NCBI GenBank assembly: GCA_965178125.1
Contig: OZ237772.1
Location: 434,001 to 498,000 of the forward strand
Length of the DNA stretch: 64,000 nt
Source: Bilabrum cf. latius
Taxonomy: Eukaryota
Reading direction: 5' to 3'
This document shows, one piece after another, positions 13,043 through 23,896 of this stretch. The notes beneath the pieces are model-generated. The model worked only from the letters and a program-made list of their open reading frames with translations. It was not told the DNA's origin and ran no database searches. Every line of letters starts with the position of its first letter. Position 1 is the first letter of the stretch. Both the position numbers and the translations under genes were made by a program.

Positions 13043-16000
13043 ATGTCCGAAGACGATTCGTTGTGGTTAGTTGTATTTCCAACAATAATATTAGGCCTTG
13101 GGGTGATCGCCGCGTTCATCTGGTCCGTTTATTTCGATGGGAACAGGGCGCAACCAGCAAGCACTTCAGCAGAACCACAGGAGCCGAAAACTGAGGCTTC
13201 AGCGCAAAATGCACCCGAAGAATCGCGACAACTGGATCAGCAAGTAACATCTCGTCCTACTCCGCTCCGCGTGCTGTATGCCACCACGACCGGAACAGCA
13301 GCGCGCATCGCGAAGCGCATCGCCCTGGAGGCACGCGCCCTCTCCGCCCTCACCTCTGAGCTAGAAGTGAGCCTCAGCAGCCTGGACGAGTACGATTAGG
13401 ACAACTTGGAGAAAGAAAGCATGGTCATCCTGGTCCTGCCCACCTGGGAGGGCGGCAAACCCCCGGCCACGGGCTCCGTGTTCTGCCACTGGCTGCAGGA
13501 CATGGCCCTCGATTTCCGAGTGGGCGCCACCTGGCTGGCAGATTCAAATGACGTGGCATTCGCGGTGTGCGGTCTCGGCCACAGCGACTTTGACGAGGAC
13601 TGGTGCCGTGCCGCACTGGAGGCGGACGCCGCGCTGGCCGGGACCGGTGCCCGTCGACTGGTCCCCGCCCTCAAGGGGGACTCAAAGTTGGACATGGAGT
13701 CCCAGGTGGAGGCATGGAAGGGCAAGCTGTGGCCGGTGCTATTGGCAGAAGCCAAGAGGAGGAAAGAGGTGGGTCTCGACCAGCAGGAGGAAGAAGAGGA
13801 GGAGGAGGATGTGCAGGGAGAGGTGGATCCAGCTGAGATCGCAAGGCTGGGTTTACTGGACAAAGCGGGCGTCCAGGAGCCCCGGGTGCATTCCTTGGCA
13901 GCGGCTGGAGCGGCAGCGGCAGCGGAAGGGGGGCAGATGGGCGCGGGTGAAGAAGAAGAAGAAGAGGACGAGGAGGAGACGGACGGGTTTCTCGCAGCTG
14001 CCATGGAAGTGCACGCTACTGCCACGGGTGCATCACGCGACAGTGCCGATGACATGCACGCGGCGTCGATGGCCATGACCGCTGGCATGGGGGCAGCGGG
14101 TGCAGGCGGGGTGCAGGAGGAGGAGGATGAGGAATAGAAGGAAGGTTACGGTGAAGAGGACGAGGATGGCATGGTGGTGGTGCCCCCTGGCATGCAGGTG
14201 GGTGACCCCATCATGGGGTCCAGGGCCCGGAGGAGGGCCCGGAGGGCAGCCCTGCGCAAGGACCGCCGCAAGCGGACCAAGGCGGCGCGCGGGGACGGGG
14301 TGTTGGAGCGGGTGGCGCTGGGGGCGCGGGTGGAGCTGGGGGGCTTAGACCAGGAGGGGCTGGAGATGGCCAGGGAACAAATGGGAGGGGGTGCTGGGGG
14401 CGAGGACGGGGAGCAGGGAGAGGGGCTGGGTGTGGTCAGTGGGGGGGACCTGCCTGCCAGCATGCGGGTGGCGCTGGCGTGGTGGCGCAGGGAACAACTC
14501 GGGGATGGTGTCCCCCTGGCGGGGGCGGGGGCCCAGGGGTCAGGCCTGGGTGGCAAGGGGGGCGTGCGGGCGGGCACAGCCGCCGTGCCCGAGGTCCAGA
14601 TCGAGTCAGCGGCGGATGCGGGTCTGCTGGCGGGCGAGGGCACTGACGCGCTGTCCATGCTGGGAGGGGCTGGGCTGGGGAACAAGGGAGGGGCTGGGCT
14701 GGGGAACAAGGGAGGGGCTGGGCTGGGGAACAAGGGAGGGGCTGGGCTGGGGAACAAGGGAGGGGCTGGGCTGGGGAACAAGGGAGGGGCTGGGCTGGGG
14801 AACAAGGGCGGCGGAGAGGACGACGAAGATGAATCAGGTGCTGGTGATGGGGGCACAACAGCACCAGGCCCAGATTCAGGGTCTGTCAAGTCGAATCCCT
14901 AGGCCCTAGAGGCTGCCAGGCGGGCTGGCGAGATCGCGCGCGCTGCCGACAGGAGGAGGAAGGAAGCTGCCAGGCGCAAGAGGGAGGAGGCCAAGAGGGC
15001 GGCCCTGTCCGCCGACACAGACGAAGACAGGCTCAACGCGCTGCTGATCGAGGCGCACGAGAAGCTGCATGCGGAGGGAGGGGAAGGTGCAGCATCAGCC
15101 GAGGGCCAGGAGGGGCAAGCAGAGTCAAAGGCCGAGGAGGGCCGGGAGAAGGGCCAGGAGCAGGGTGCAAGCAGCGGGGCTGGGTCAAGCAAGCCATCCG
15201 GTTCATCATCTTCTTCTGCTTCCGGCGGCGGGATCGTCGATTTGGAGGACGTGGGTGCTCACGTGGCGGCAGCGGCAGACGCAGCCAAGGTCGCCGAAGA
15301 GCGCGCCATGAAGCTTGGCCATGACTCCCGTCCTGAGATGGTGACGCCCTCCCAGCGGGCCGCTTTGACCAAGGAGGGCTACAAGCTGATCGGGAGCCAC
15401 TCTGCCGTGAAGCTCTGCCGGTGGACCAAGCACCACCTGAGGGGCAGGGGCGGGTGCTACAAGCACACTGCCTACGACATCAAGTCCTACCAGTGCATGG
15501 AGATGACCCCTTCCCTCTCCTGCGCCTCGATGTGCACGTTCTGTTGGAGGCACGGGAAGAATCCGGTGGGGAGGGAGTGGAGGTGGAAGACGGACGAGCC
15601 GAGTGATATCGTGGAGGACGCCATCAGGAAGCACGTGGACATGATCAAGGAGGCCAGGGGCATGCCCGGCATGAAGATGGACCGGTGGCACGAGGCGCAC
15701 ACTGTCAAGCACTGCGCACTGTCTCTCGTCGGTGAGCCCATCATGTACCCCAAGATCAACGAGCTGTGCGGCGAGCTGCACAAGAGGGGCATCAGCTCCT
15801 TCCTGGTGACCAACGCCTAGTTCCCCGAGGCCATCGCAAGGCTGCACCCAGTGACACAGCTGTACGTGTCCATCGACGCCTCCAACAAGGAGGCACTCAG
15901 GGCAGTGGACAGGCCCTTGTTCTCTGATTTCTGGGAGCGGTTCCTGGCGTGTCTCCGGCTCCTGAGAGAGAAGCACCAGAGGACCGTCTACCGCATGACG

Positions 16001-16756
16001 CTGGTGCGCAAGTGGAACATGGCCGATGCGGAGGGGTACTGTGAGCTGGTGAGGCTGGGCAAGCCGGACCTGATCGAGGTGAAAGGGGTGACGTACAGCG
16101 GCAAATCGGGGATCAGCAGCCTGACCATGAAGAACGTTCCTTTCCACGCCGAGGTTCGAGGCTTCTGCCGGGCGCTGTCGGAGCGGCTGGGGGGCGAGTA
16201 CGAGCTCGCCGTGGAGCACGAGCACAGCAACTTCGTGCTGCTTGCGCACAAGCGGTTCAAGATCGAGGGGAGGTGGCACACGTGGATCGACTACGGCAAG
16301 TTCCACGAGCTGTACGGGAGGTGGAAGGCCTCGGGGGGCGAGGCAACCTTCACCACGATGGACTACGTTGCCCCCACGGAGGGTTGGGCCCTGTACGGGG
16401 CCGAGGAGCAGGGGTTTGACCCCAAGGAGATCCGGTTCAGGAGGACCAAGGACGGGGGTGCCAAGAAGGAGAGGCTGCGGCTGGCGGCGGGGGCCACGGA
16501 GGAGGACGCGATGCAGAGGGCCTCCCGGGGAACAACGATCGAGGTGGGGGGCAGGGACGTGGAGAGGGCGGCGAGGCCCGCGATGCCGCTGCTGGAGGGG
16601 TACGGGTCTGCGGCATTCAGGGAACAAGGGGGGTCGCGGGAGGAGGAGGGGAAGCGAGGGGGGGCCGGGGCCGGGGCCGGGGCCGGGGCTGGTGCTGGCG
16701 TGGCATCTTCTTCGGCTACCCGCGGTCAGGAGTTGGAAGAGGTTGTGGATTTTTAA
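13043..16756 (+). CDS. TYW1: tRNA wybutosine-synthesis protein TYW1 (TM anchor, flavodoxin, radical SAM), 1237 aa
   Basis: N-terminal TM segment; flavodoxin motif YATTTGTA; GSHSAVKLCRWTK; CASMCTFC (CxxxCxxC); ALSLVGEP; TNA[TAG]FP. Four in-frame TAGs (13397, 14135, 14900, 15818); ends TAA TAA. Confidence 0.95.
14663..14806 (+). repeat. 24-bp tandem repeat x6 encoding GGAGLGNK in the TYW1 linker
   Basis: GGAGGGGCTGGGCTGGGGAACAAG x6, perfect. Confidence 0.95.
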
Positions 16757-17159
16757 TAATTTTGCGACACGAAGAAGCAAGATTGAATCATAGCGACAAA
16801 CCGTTCAATACTGGTGTTTGCTCGGAATTTCTCCGCAGTGCCGCATTGCGGAACATTTGATTGCGACGAGACATTTCCAAGGATCGATATGCCACCATAT
16901 CTTCAAGGGACCTGTCACATTCCGTAAAATGCAGGATGTCAAGGTATCTCATACAGCTCCATAGGAAGCATGCGCCAGGGTTGACCAAGCCTGTAGCAGC
17001 ACTGCTACTAGAGATGGCAGCGCAATCCATTTATGTGGCATACGCCGCCCGGACTGGAACCGAAGAGAATTTGATGGCTCAAAGACATCGACGCGCGAAG
17101 CCAGGGGAGATTCACTTCTACGCAAAAGAAACTCTTCAGTGGGACCGCCGTCGACAGTA

Positions 17160-17334
17160 TTTAGCAGGTCTGGGGTTACAACCAGTAAGACCGGAACTGT
17201 AGAAACTGGGATTGATTTGCGTGAAGCTCGACTCATCTTCCCGAGGGTACGCCGAGTACAGTGGTCTCGGCCGAGCTCAATAAGACACGTACTACAGGAT
17301 ATTGTAGTTCTGAGTCGGCTTGCAAAAAGTTTTC
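17160..17334 (+). repeat. Ngaro split direct repeat A1 (A2 at 23897-24071)
   Basis: The two copies appear identical by eye. Confidence 0.95.
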
Positions 17335-17364
17335 GGAAAAGTGCGCGTGACTTCACTGTGAAAT

Positions 17365-18554
17365 ATGGCCCAGGTGGAGCAGGGCACACAGGCTGCAGCG
17401 GCTCTATCGCATCTTCAAGGTTCCTAGCCGCACAAGGCATTGATTGCTATCGCAAAGCAAGAATCCGCAAATATTCTGGATAATTGCGTTGGTGAATCCT
17501 GGGAAGCATGGATGGAAACAGCAATGGGCGCCGGAGGTCATGCTGGGTTCATCGAGGCTATCAGCAACCAAGCAGCGGGCGACAAACCAATGGACACGGC
17601 AACAGCAAACGGTCTGGGTAATGACTTTAAGACCTTACTGTCGGTGGGAATGGACGACAACCAGAAGAAACGGGCAGTCCTGATGACGGCCACGGCATGG
17701 GTGATTTCACTGTACGTGAAATTACCTCATCGTCCTACCAAGGAGGAGCTGAAACGAGTTTTGCACGACTGCAAGCGTAACTTCCCTGCTTAGGAAGGAG
17801 CGCAGCTGTCAACAGGTGCAGCTGGATGGTTTGCGGTCCTCACAACGTCTGCGGGCGGTGGGCTCCTACATCAACTACTACGAGCTGCAGCAGTGTTGCA
17901 GTCCGCGTATGGTCCGCTGCGAGCGGCCAAACGGACATCTCTGCTGTCAATGACACGTTTCGCCTCTAATTGGGGGTGGCGACTTACGACTGAGAAGTTG
18001 GAATAGCAGGACAGCTACCCGGACCACGTGCTTGCGAAGGCGATCGCAGCCGTGGTAAACGAACAAAACGCGACACAGGCCCTGGGAGAAGAACAAGACG
18101 ATGCAGATGGGGAAGCTCCTGGAGAGGACCCCGATGACGTCGATGCAGAGGCTGACGAGGTCGAGCAGGTCCAGAAGCTCCCGCCAACAGCTTGGCCCAC
18201 GACCGACGACGCGGCGACCCAGTTCATCACGCAGGAGAAGGCGGCGTGGAGCGCAGCAGGTGATGTTCTACATCGTGCTAACGCCATTGTCGCATGGTGG
18301 GTTCCGCGGCTGGATGCCATGCGTGAGGAGTGCAAGACGGGGGACGGGCGCCAACGCACGGCTCGGATCTTAAAGACGCTCGCCGACGTTCTCCCGGACT
18401 AGAAGATAGGAATATTTCTAGCTGGTAAGGTGGATGACCTGTTCCAGTCGATTCTGCCAAAGGACGAGGAGCTCATGAAGGAAATCGGTAAAATGGCCGT
18501 GAGGGAACTCACGTCAACACTGATGAACCCTGCGGGAGCATCGTCAGGGGCAGC

Positions 18555-18594
<40 letters not shown>

Positions 18595-19935
18595 TTCTGG
18601 GGCGGGGCTGCGGGGAGCGCAGCGAGCGCACCTGAAAAAGCTTAGAGATGGCCTACGTACCGCCTGCAGGCGGTCGTCGCTCACGCCCTTCGTACGACCC
18701 TTCACGACTTGGGCGACAAGCTGAAAACTGCCCGTATGGATTTCGGACATCGGGTGCTGGCAGGCACACAGTACCAGCCTAAGGCAAGTGATACCGCGGT
18801 ACGCGCAGCTCACTCCAGTGTGACTCTCTGGCTGCCCCAGGGAATGAGCTGGGTGTTGGAGTAGCTTGTCGGTCCTATCAATTACCTCCTGCCGCTGTAT
18901 CTGGATGCGGACTCCCACACATATGTCTGGTCGGGCAAGACCACGACGATAACCGCCTACATCCACCGGTTGAGCGAGCGTACTTCAGGTGCGCTGAGGG
19001 CAGCAGGACACGCTGGAGATTGGGATCGGATCGTGAAGGCGGCCGATCGGTTGAACACTATCGTCACTCGTGCAGGAGTCCGGGGGCTGGACGATCTCCC
19101 ACCGTGGGATCGGGCACTGTGGCATGCGTACGCAGGACACCACGCAATGGTGCAGGAGGACGTCTCGGATTTGACATTGAGCAACCCGGAGTCCAAGGAT
19201 ATTACCGCCAGAGCCTTCATTCGATCGGTGCAGGGCGCAGCGGCCGCAGTAAAGGAGCGGTTTGCTCGGAGCGTCAGCATGCAAGGTGGACATTGTGGCT
19301 TGGGCCGCATGGTAGTCGAACTGATGCTCGCCACTAGGATCGGATTCTATCCAGATCTGTCTGCAGCCGATGCGGGGACGATGCAGCTGCTCTTGCGTAG
19401 CATCCCGTCAACTCTCCTCCCAGAGCCACCCAGGCGCGGCCAGGACACCATGGACCGGCAGAATCACCTGATGCCGCACTAGTTGGCAGTATGGCTGGCG
19501 CAATACTTCAACGTGAACACTGGGCCGCTCGGGAGCAGATACCCGGGCAGCGGAGTCCCGCCCACGTCATCGGCATCCAGCGCAACCAGCGGTTCGGGGA
19601 CATCAACGTCCGCCTCGCCAATGGGATCGTCAGCTGCAGCGGGTGCAGCAATGGCCATGCAGATTCACAGCAGCCCCACGAAGATGCATCCGGAGTCGGC
19701 CTTCGCGGCAATGGCAATGCAAGCAGCCAAGCGCGCTCACCACCAGGGCCAGCAGCGCCTGGGGTAGAAGCGCGGGCGGGGCAAGCGCGGGTAGAAGAAA
19801 AACGGGCCGAAGCACAAGCACCACCGGCACGGGAACACGGGACAAGACAATCGTGTCAAGGCAGGTCAAGGCGCGGCGTCTGGCGCAGGTGCGGACGACA
19901 GCGACGACGACGGCGATTCCCAGGCCAGCTCCTAA
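17365..19935 (+). CDS. Ngaro ORF1, putative gag-like protein (856 aa)
   Basis: ATG just downstream of A1; single frame through multiple TAGs; poly-Ser (AGC)n at about 18556-18594; basic C-terminus; ends TAA. The gag assignment is positional only. Confidence 0.75.
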
Positions 19936-22695
19936 AAGGAGGCGAGGGGAGTGGACGAAGTAAAAGCGCGGCTAATCAGCACAGGGGTGCTTTGGGATGA
20001 TTGTGTACAAAGAGGATTTCAATCGCTATCACCCAAACAGCAAGCAGCCAGCGTTCGTATACTCTCCTCATGGCTAGACCACCCCAGAGAGGGCCCCGAC
20101 CCAGACCTGATTGACCTTCTGCGGCTGTTCCCAACGGGACCCCGGGGCCACAAACATCAAGCGGAACGATTCTCGGCCAAGGACTGCAGAAAGCGCGCAA
20201 TCAGCGCCAGCTCACCACGAGTAGCCCAGTAGTGGCTCCGGGCGGCGCTTCGGCGAGATTTGGGATGCATGCGGGAGGCGGAGCATACGCCACCCCCCAG
20301 GCGAGCACGAGCCCTTGCAGAACATCTACTAGCGGCGCGACGACAGCACCCCCAGCGCGAGGCGCAGAAGGGCCAGGTCGAAGTGCAGCCGCGGTAGTAG
20401 GAAGCAGCACGAACATCAGCACCGACGTAGCAGCAGCAAGGCGGCAGAGTGCCTCCGACGTTCGCACTAGAAGGAGAGGTCCGACTAGGTCACGGCGAAG
20501 GGGGACTCATACTGCCTGTCAAATCCACGGGACCATCCCTTGATGCTAGAGTTAGCCTTGGGGGGACCCGGGAGGAGGCCTCGAGGAATTAGTCGTCCGC
20601 TGTAAAGCAGGCCACCCAGGAGCGAACTCTTGTAGCCCGTCAGGGAGCCAGAGCAGAGCACACCGAGAGGGCTATTGTGGAGCAACGTAGCGGCATGAAC
20701 TCGCAGAGCAGCGCACTGAGGAGCATGCAAGTGCACAGTGGGGACAAACTGTATTGGATGCATCTAGCTACATGCTCAGACTGCACCGCGCAGTTTTGTC
20801 CGGTGGCAGAGGTGTTGCACGTCTTAGGCAAGTATGGCGCGCCTTTCCACTGGTACCTCGAGCCTGACGCAGCGATCAAGGCTCCACGAGACGGTGGAGA
20901 CGTCGACTGGCACGAGGGTACCTTGACCCAATCAGCCCTGTCCACTGAGATTCGAAAGCAGGCAGAGGCAGGATTCATTCGAGTTACATCGGCACCGGCA
21001 ACATCAGATATGCCGAGAGCCTTTCTGGTCCGGAAATACGCTTGGAAGCTCACCCCCGGCGTGGGCATGCAGCGACGCACAGTACCAAGTGAGAAGGCCA
21101 GGCTCGTCGTGGATTTCTCGGGACTACGACCACATGCAGCATAGCTGCATTTTGGGCTAGATGGACCAGCAGAATTTGCAGCTCAATTGGATCCAGGGTC
21201 ATGGATATATAGTTGGGACGTGGCAAAAGCTTTCTATGCCTTCAAGGCTCACCCGGCTTCCTGGAACTTCACGTGGTTCAGCGCGAACGGCCTAGCGGCA
21301 CATTTTTTTCGCATGCCGATGGGAATGGTGCACTCGCCCATCCATCTACAGACAGCCACCGAGTCGTTGGCGGACATCATCCGAGCAAAGCGCTTCCTTC
21401 AGTCGGTATACATGGACGATTTCGCCGGGGGAGAACGACAAGCACCAGCGGCATGGGCGGGTATGTTCACCTCCGTCCTCACCGCACGACAGGCAGGTTT
21501 CAGCATGAGCATCAGCAAACTGACATTGCCAAGCCAAAAGATGCGTTTCCTGGGAATGGATATCTCGACGTCACCTACGATCGACGCGCGAGCCCCACCG
21601 GACAAGCAGAAGGATCTCGCAATCACGTTGAAGGCCACGATGCGGGCATCAAGGCAACGACTGCGCATTCCAGTTGACCTACTGGAACATCTGTAGGGGA
21701 AGGCGCTAGCGTATGCAGGAGGCAGTAGGGGCCAGATGGCCCGCAGTGCGGCACTCGTCGTTGTGGCAAACGAAGCCAAACGGAACGGCAGCAACGCATT
21801 CCTACGCCCAGATATAGCGCGAGCAGTACAAACTCTCCAGGGGATGCTAATGCGAGACGCAACTACGTCGATGTCAAAGCTCTTGGGTATAAATACTGAG
21901 CGGAGCGCTCCAGATCCCCAGGATGCCGCATGCGGACTCGGAGCCAAACCGGGATCGAAGTCTGGCGCCATTTCGATATTCGGCAGTTCAGACGCTAGTG
22001 TATCCACCGGAGCTATCAGTATTGGAAGGCCAATTTGTTCAGCCCTAGTGTTTCCACTTCCCCGAGATATTTGGGGAACGGAAGGTAGCACGGACCCGGA
22101 GAAGTCATCAACAGCCCGTGAGACCATAGTAGCAGCAACGGGAGCACTCAGAGCAGCTCTGCAGTGCAGACCAAGCACTCCGACTACAATATATTGGGAT
22201 TGTGATAACGCTGGAACTTGTGTCCAGTTGTGCACCTTCAGGGGCTCCACAGTTAGGACGCAAGCAACCCTGACGAGGCTAGCGGATATCCTGGATTCTA
22301 GGAAAATTACACTTGTTCCACGGCATCTACCACGCAGCAAGCCTTGGGTAGCTGCTAACGACGCACTTGGAAAGGCTGACCACGCCACAGCTCACACATT
22401 GTGGGGGCAAGCAGGAGTATCCACGGTGACGGTCACGTGTTGTGAGGAGACGATACTGTTGCATCCGTTGATCAAGGGAAAGGAGTGGCCTCCGTCGCAG
22501 CCAGAATTGCTCGCCGCCCTGCACCAAGCAGCAGATGGACACACGAGACGATCAGATTGCAGCAAAGGTATGCACCATGATGAAGAGCCTGACGGAGGCG
22601 ACCACACGGCCGCGGGTGGAGCACCGCCCTCCAGCCCGCTCGGCGGATCTGGCGGGAGCCATCGCCCTCAGCATGATCAAGACCAAGGAGACTGA
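19936..22695 (+). CDS. Ngaro reverse transcriptase/RNase H (first in-frame ATG at 20269)
   Basis: KARLVVDF, WDVAKAFY, RMPMGMVHSP, YMDDF, FLGMDI; RNase H motifs SDAS, STARE, DCDN, NDAL; TAGs at 21142 and 21694 lie inside the domains; ends TGA. Confidence 0.9.
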
Positions 22696-23668
22696 AGATA
22701 AGAAGCGGAAAAGCATCGCCAAGTTCAAGAAGTACGCCAGCGAGGCACGAGACGAGTCCCCCACACGCTGCTCTTCCATCCTGAGCTACCTGTACGTCAG
22801 GGTTAGGGACGACAAGGTCGGCGAGGGCACCATCAAGAGAGAATTTGGCCACTTGGTCGAGCATTTTTTGGAGATTGGCGCCCCGATTGCCGACGAAACA
22901 ATGCGGCTGGGTCGGAAATTACCGAAAGGGCGGGCCAAGTAGCTGCACCTACTCGGCAACCGCCGGAAGCGAGCACGAGTGATCCCAACCGAGGACGTGA
23001 TGTACGTCAATGATCAAGTCATCAAGATGGGTTCAGACAAGGAGCTCTGCGCTTGGGATGCGTTCATCCATGGCTGCATCATCCTTGGGCGATCCAAGGA
23101 AATCCTGAACCTGAAGCTAGGAGACTTGCAAGAGTATAAGTCCAAGGACAGTACATGGGTCGTGGCCAGCATGCGTCGCAAAACAACCAAGGACAGAGAT
23201 GAACCAGAGCAGGCCGTCATTCCGCTGGACGATGGTGGCCCATTTCGAGTTGCCGAGCTCGCAGCTCTGGGCATGCGCGCACGAGCGAGAGCGCTGACAG
23301 CGATGAGAGCCCGGAACCCGACGAATACGGCACTCACGAGCACGTCAGGAGCAAGTGGACTACGCTTCATCAACCCGGATGCGCGAAAGACTGGGAAATG
23401 GCATCCCAAGAGCTGGACAGCAACTATGCGGAGCATTCTTACCAAGTACCGGCGGCCAGGCACGCCAGTGATCAGGTTCACTACGCACTCAACGAGGCGA
23501 ACGGGAGCCACCATGGCGGCGGAAGGGGGCATTTCAATTGAGCAATTGATGCAACAAGCTGCGTGGCGGTCACCCGAGACAGCGAACTACTATCTGGGCA
23601 TGAGCACCAGATCGAGGGCAAGAGCGATGCTCGCGGCCTACCGGGGAGCAGTCACAGCAGCAAGTTAA
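22535..23668 (+). CDS. Ngaro tyrosine recombinase
   Basis: GRSKE, HSTRR, AAWRS and NYY match the R-HxxR-W-Y catalytic set; TAG at 22940 is read through; overlaps the 3' end of pol; ends TAA. Confidence 0.92.
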
Positions 23669-23743
23669 CGTGACCCACAGGTCAGTATGCGTAGGGCGGC
23701 AAGCCGCAGTGGCCACAGGTGGCCAAATCTGCGGGTCAGTACG

Positions 23744-23896
23744 GCGCAGGCTGCACCAGCAGCCGGGTCCCCTTGTGGCACCACGGGTGGTCAACCGCCC
23801 GAGGAGCCGGGACCCAGCGCGCCCTCGCATTTATCTAGCAACCCTAACCGGAGGTTCTAGAACTGATTCGATGTAACGTACAAATCAATGTCAGTT
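23744..23896 (+). repeat. Ngaro split direct repeat B1 (B2 at 24623-24775)
   Basis: The two 153-bp copies appear identical; B1 abuts A2. Confidence 0.95.

Noticed and set aside
15818-15820. Pyrrolysine or context-dependent UAG readthrough
   Set aside because: TAGs are numerous, sometimes tandem (8177-8182), share no evident context and swap with CAG.
13043-16756. Widespread pseudogenisation as the explanation for the internal stops
   Set aside because: The interruptions are exclusively TAG, without frameshifts or TAA/TGA, even in conserved housekeeping genes.
16754-16759. Ciliate-type code (UAA and UAG both Gln)
   Set aside because: TAA ends TYW1, COMMD1, YR and the transposase at sensible positions and exchanges with TGA between duplicates. 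No internal TAA was seen except the Ngaro gag/pol boundary.
23842-23849. Telomere-like CCCTAACC in Ngaro repeat B
   Set aside because: It is a single unit and is expected by chance.
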